From Eledone cirrhosa (taxonomy: Eukaryota), in contig OZ024746.1 of the NCBI GenBank assembly GCA_964016885.1, positions 51,274,001-51,338,000 on the forward strand: a stretch of 64,000 bases of DNA. Reading direction: 5' to 3'. Numbering within the stretch: the first letter of the stretch is position 1; the number at the start of each line of letters is the position of its first letter. Shown piece by piece: positions 61,398-64,000 of this stretch. The translations under genes were made by a program, and so were the position numbers. Below the pieces are notes generated by a model. It made no database searches, was not told the origin of the DNA, and was given only the letters and a program-made list of their open reading frames with translations.

Positions 61398-61401
<4 letters not shown>
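60625..61401 (+). mobile_element. Non-coding unit with 233 bp direct terminal repeats (period 544 bp) between (TA)n tracts; each repeat has decayed hammerhead-like cores
   Basis: 60625-60857 is near-identical to 61169-61401. CCAAC-CTGAGGT...GAAA...GTTGG and CTGACGA-GGGT...ACCC occur in each repeat. Confidence 0.65.
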
Positions 61402-61454
<53 letters not shown>

Positions 61455-61610
61455 ATAACAATAAATCGTTAAAGATAAGAGTCTGTGAAAACTACTTATC
61501 ATGGATAGTTTAAGCATACGGTGTTGTGTGACTCAACAAGAGGTTTACGTGGGTGACGAGTTTATGACTTCACGTGTATTCCTATGTAAATATATCTTGG
61601 AGTAATAAAA

Positions 61611-61711
61611 AAAGTGAAGAATAACATGGTCAACAGTACAAACAAGAAGATTTATTAATAAATTTATTAATAAATCTCCTTGTTTGTACTGTTGACCATG
61701 TTATTCTTCAC

Positions 61712-61715
<4 letters not shown>
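61611..61715. repeat. ~105 bp palindrome; a third arm copy lies at ~62214-62265
   Basis: AAAGTGAAGAATAACATGGTCAACAGTACAAACAAG...CTTGTTTGTACTGTTGACCATGTTATTCTTCACTTT. Confidence 0.85.
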
Positions 61716-61778
<63 letters not shown>

Positions 61779-61808
61779 AGATCAAAAGATGGTTAAAGGA
61801 GTTCCATG

Positions 61809-61879
61809 TATTTTATTATGCGCATTTCAAAAACAAACATCATCATGCAATAATATTTGTGTTTTCATCAGATAAAACA
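61809..61879 (-). ncRNA. Type I hammerhead ribozyme, mirror copy
   Basis: Exact reverse complement of 61996-62066. Confidence 0.9.
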
Positions 61880-61995
61880 GGAGAACATGATATGAAGGCT
61901 AAAAAACACTTATGGATAGTGCAGTTTTAAATCAACATGTTGATTTAAAACTGCACTATCCACAAGTGTTTTTTAGCCTTCATATCATGTTCTCC

Positions 61996-62066
61996 TGTTT
62001 TATCTGATGAAAACACAAATATTATTGCATGATGATGTTTGTTTTTGAAATGCGCATAATAAAATA
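61996..62066 (+). ncRNA. Type I hammerhead ribozyme, intact
   Basis: TGTTTTAT-CTGATGA-AAAcACAAATATTATT gcat GATGATGTTTGTtTTT-GAAA-TGCGCA-TA-ATAAAATA. Confidence 0.9.
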
Positions 62067-62454
62067 CATGGAACTCCTTTAACCATCTTTTGATCTTATA
62101 TTATGCATACTCCAGTCCTACAAACTGTAGAGTGCTTCTTATCCGATATCTGCATTGCTTTATTGTACTACAATAAAACTCACCTCCTACATATATATAT
62201 ATATATATATATAAAGTGAAGAATAACATGGTCAACAGTACAAACAAGGAGATTTATTAATAAATATATATATATCTTAGTCTTAGTGTTAGATTCTTCC
62301 GCGCCGTTCGGTACATCGAGCAGTAAGTATTCGCCAACGGTCACGCTCAGCGGGAACTATTTCGAGACCGTGCCAGGTGATGTTGGCTGCCATCAGGTCC
62401 TTCCGGAACGTTCGTCGCCAGGTGATCCGTGGGCAACCCCGCCTCCGTTTACAG

Positions 62455-62523
<69 letters not shown>

Positions 62524-62526
<3 letters not shown>

Positions 62527-64000
62527 CTAAAATAACAGATTAAAGTTTAAGCAAAGAATCGCTGCTTTCGCCCTTAACGGGATCTTCTGAAACTAACAAA
62601 GTCAATCTGTAAACGCAGAACTAGATATTTCAAAAAACGTTGCAACCGGAGGAAGACAGGAAGACGATACTTTGATTCGTGGAAACGTTCGCTGGCTAAG
62701 AACGGGAAAAAACGAATAATACGTCATTAATAGGAGCGGTGAAAAACAATTACGCGCAAAGACAGAACCACGCTTATGGTATAAAAGAGGTCGTAGACTA
62801 ATATTCTCTTAGGTGGTGCATAGAGACGTTATCTGGCAATGAACGAGAAAACGAAGATAATACGTCATATGTGGAGCGTGGAGAACAATAGCACGCAAAG
62901 ACAAAACCACGTAAATGGTATAGCAGAAGTCGTAGACTAAAATTCTAACTAGGAGACCAAATGAATCTCCGCTACAGAGTTAAGAACAAGTAAATAAATA
63001 CAATACAGAAGTAATAGAAATAAATAAATACATACACGCAAACAAATACGTACATACACAAGCATACGCAAAACCTTACCATAGGTATACAAAACCACGC
63101 ACATATAAATATGTGTGTGTGTGTGTATGCGTGTATACTTATATAAACGTATATACATAAATAAATACGTATATAACAAGCGCACACACATACCTACATA
63201 TACATACACGAATGTTCGGAGACGTAAGTCAACTAAAACAAGAAGTACACGTATACACACACCCACCATACGCACGAACCCGCATACTCACACAGACGCA
63301 AAACTCCCGTATACACATAGCCAAACCCTATGTACCAGAATATATAAAATTATACGCCAAAACAATCAAATATACGTACGAGAAGGTATACGTACCTTCA
63401 CAAAACAAACGGGTAATACATACTTACCTATGAAAATAAGTAAAGGAATAAACAAAACATATACGTAGCTCCCACATCAAGACGTAAAATATCCACGTAT
63501 AGATCGTACTATCCGTTAGGGTATAAAGTGGGGCTGTAATACAGGAAAGTTTTGTGCAATTTATGTTTACAAGCCGAAATTGCCTCAGAATTTTTGTTTA
63601 AGATGTGGTCTGTGGCGTAGAGTATTTCCAGGGCCTCAGCGGCTCAGATGTCACATGGTCTTTTATTTCCGTTATACGATCTAGCCCTAGCTAGGATCTC
63701 CCAGTGTAACTTATATTGGGTGTGGTTGTCTTTTAGACTCCAGATATAAGCTGAAAGTGACGTCATATTCCTTCTTAGAGGGTAACGAAAAGAATTGGTA
63801 TGCATGTAAAGGCGCTGCTTGAAACTATTGGCGGTTAACCCTATGTAGGCCCTACGGGACGTGGGTGTTACAACCTTACATTTGTAGACAATGTTACTAG
63901 AGAGGTAACATTTTTAATAGAAATACTATTAAAATGTCTTACCCTACGACTCCTAACCTTGCACATAACGTCACAGCTTCAAATTTAGCTAAACTACCTA
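62524..64000 (-). mobile_element. Decayed Penelope-like element 3' portion (GIY-YIG remnant absent from the ORF track, 3' UTR with ~140 bp tandem duplication, HHR-like motif, (TA)n); runs off the window
   Basis: Manual translation of 63907-63516 (-): LSSNIVYKCKV...RAYIGLTANSFKQRLYMHTNSF...TSLSAYIWSLK...WEILARA...CDI*AAE...LNKNSEAISACKHK. Confidence 0.85.
62544..62594 (-). ncRNA. Hammerhead-like motif with variant core (CAGAAGA)
   Basis: Minus strand reads AGTTT-CAGAAGA-tCCC gttaa GGGc-GAAA-GCAG cgattct TTGC-TT-AAACT, with distal pairing ACAGATTGA/TTAATCTGT. Confidence 0.65.

Larger units (their letters stand above)
61771..62104. repeat. 334 bp spacerless palindrome (1 mismatch) carrying two intact hammerheads on opposite strands
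   Basis: Centre AACATGTT at 61934-61941. HHRs at 61809-61879 (-) and 61996-62066 (+). Confidence 0.92.

Overview
AT-rich, microsatellite-saturated animal DNA with no recognisable host gene. It is probably from an octopod cephalopod, inferred from the abundant tRNA-derived SINE and the (TA)n/(CA)n density. Most ORFs in the track are microsatellite artefacts. The window is dominated by Penelope-like retroelements (PLEs). There is one intact RT + C-terminal GIY-YIG ORF (54389-56602) paired head-to-head with a disabled inverted copy, giving a ~7.3 kb near-perfect inverted repeat, plus four more 5'-truncated PLEs. By eye I find about 9 type I hammerhead ribozyme (HHR) motifs with an intact CUGANGA/GAAA/NUH core and about 9 decayed or variant ones. 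They belong to many sequence-divergent families, and most have a tiny self-complementary stem III of the dimer-type minimal HHR. They occur at PLE 3' ends, in non-coding 320-545 bp partial-tandem units (retrozyme-like), and in fold-back palindromes dropped into (TA)n tracts. Also present: a near full-length Tx1-like LINE flanked by (ATCT)n, RTE and CRE-like LINE fragments, two Helitron-like elements, Tc1/mariner-type MITEs and about 19 SINE copies. All RNA folds were read by eye and coordinates of decayed elements are approximate.
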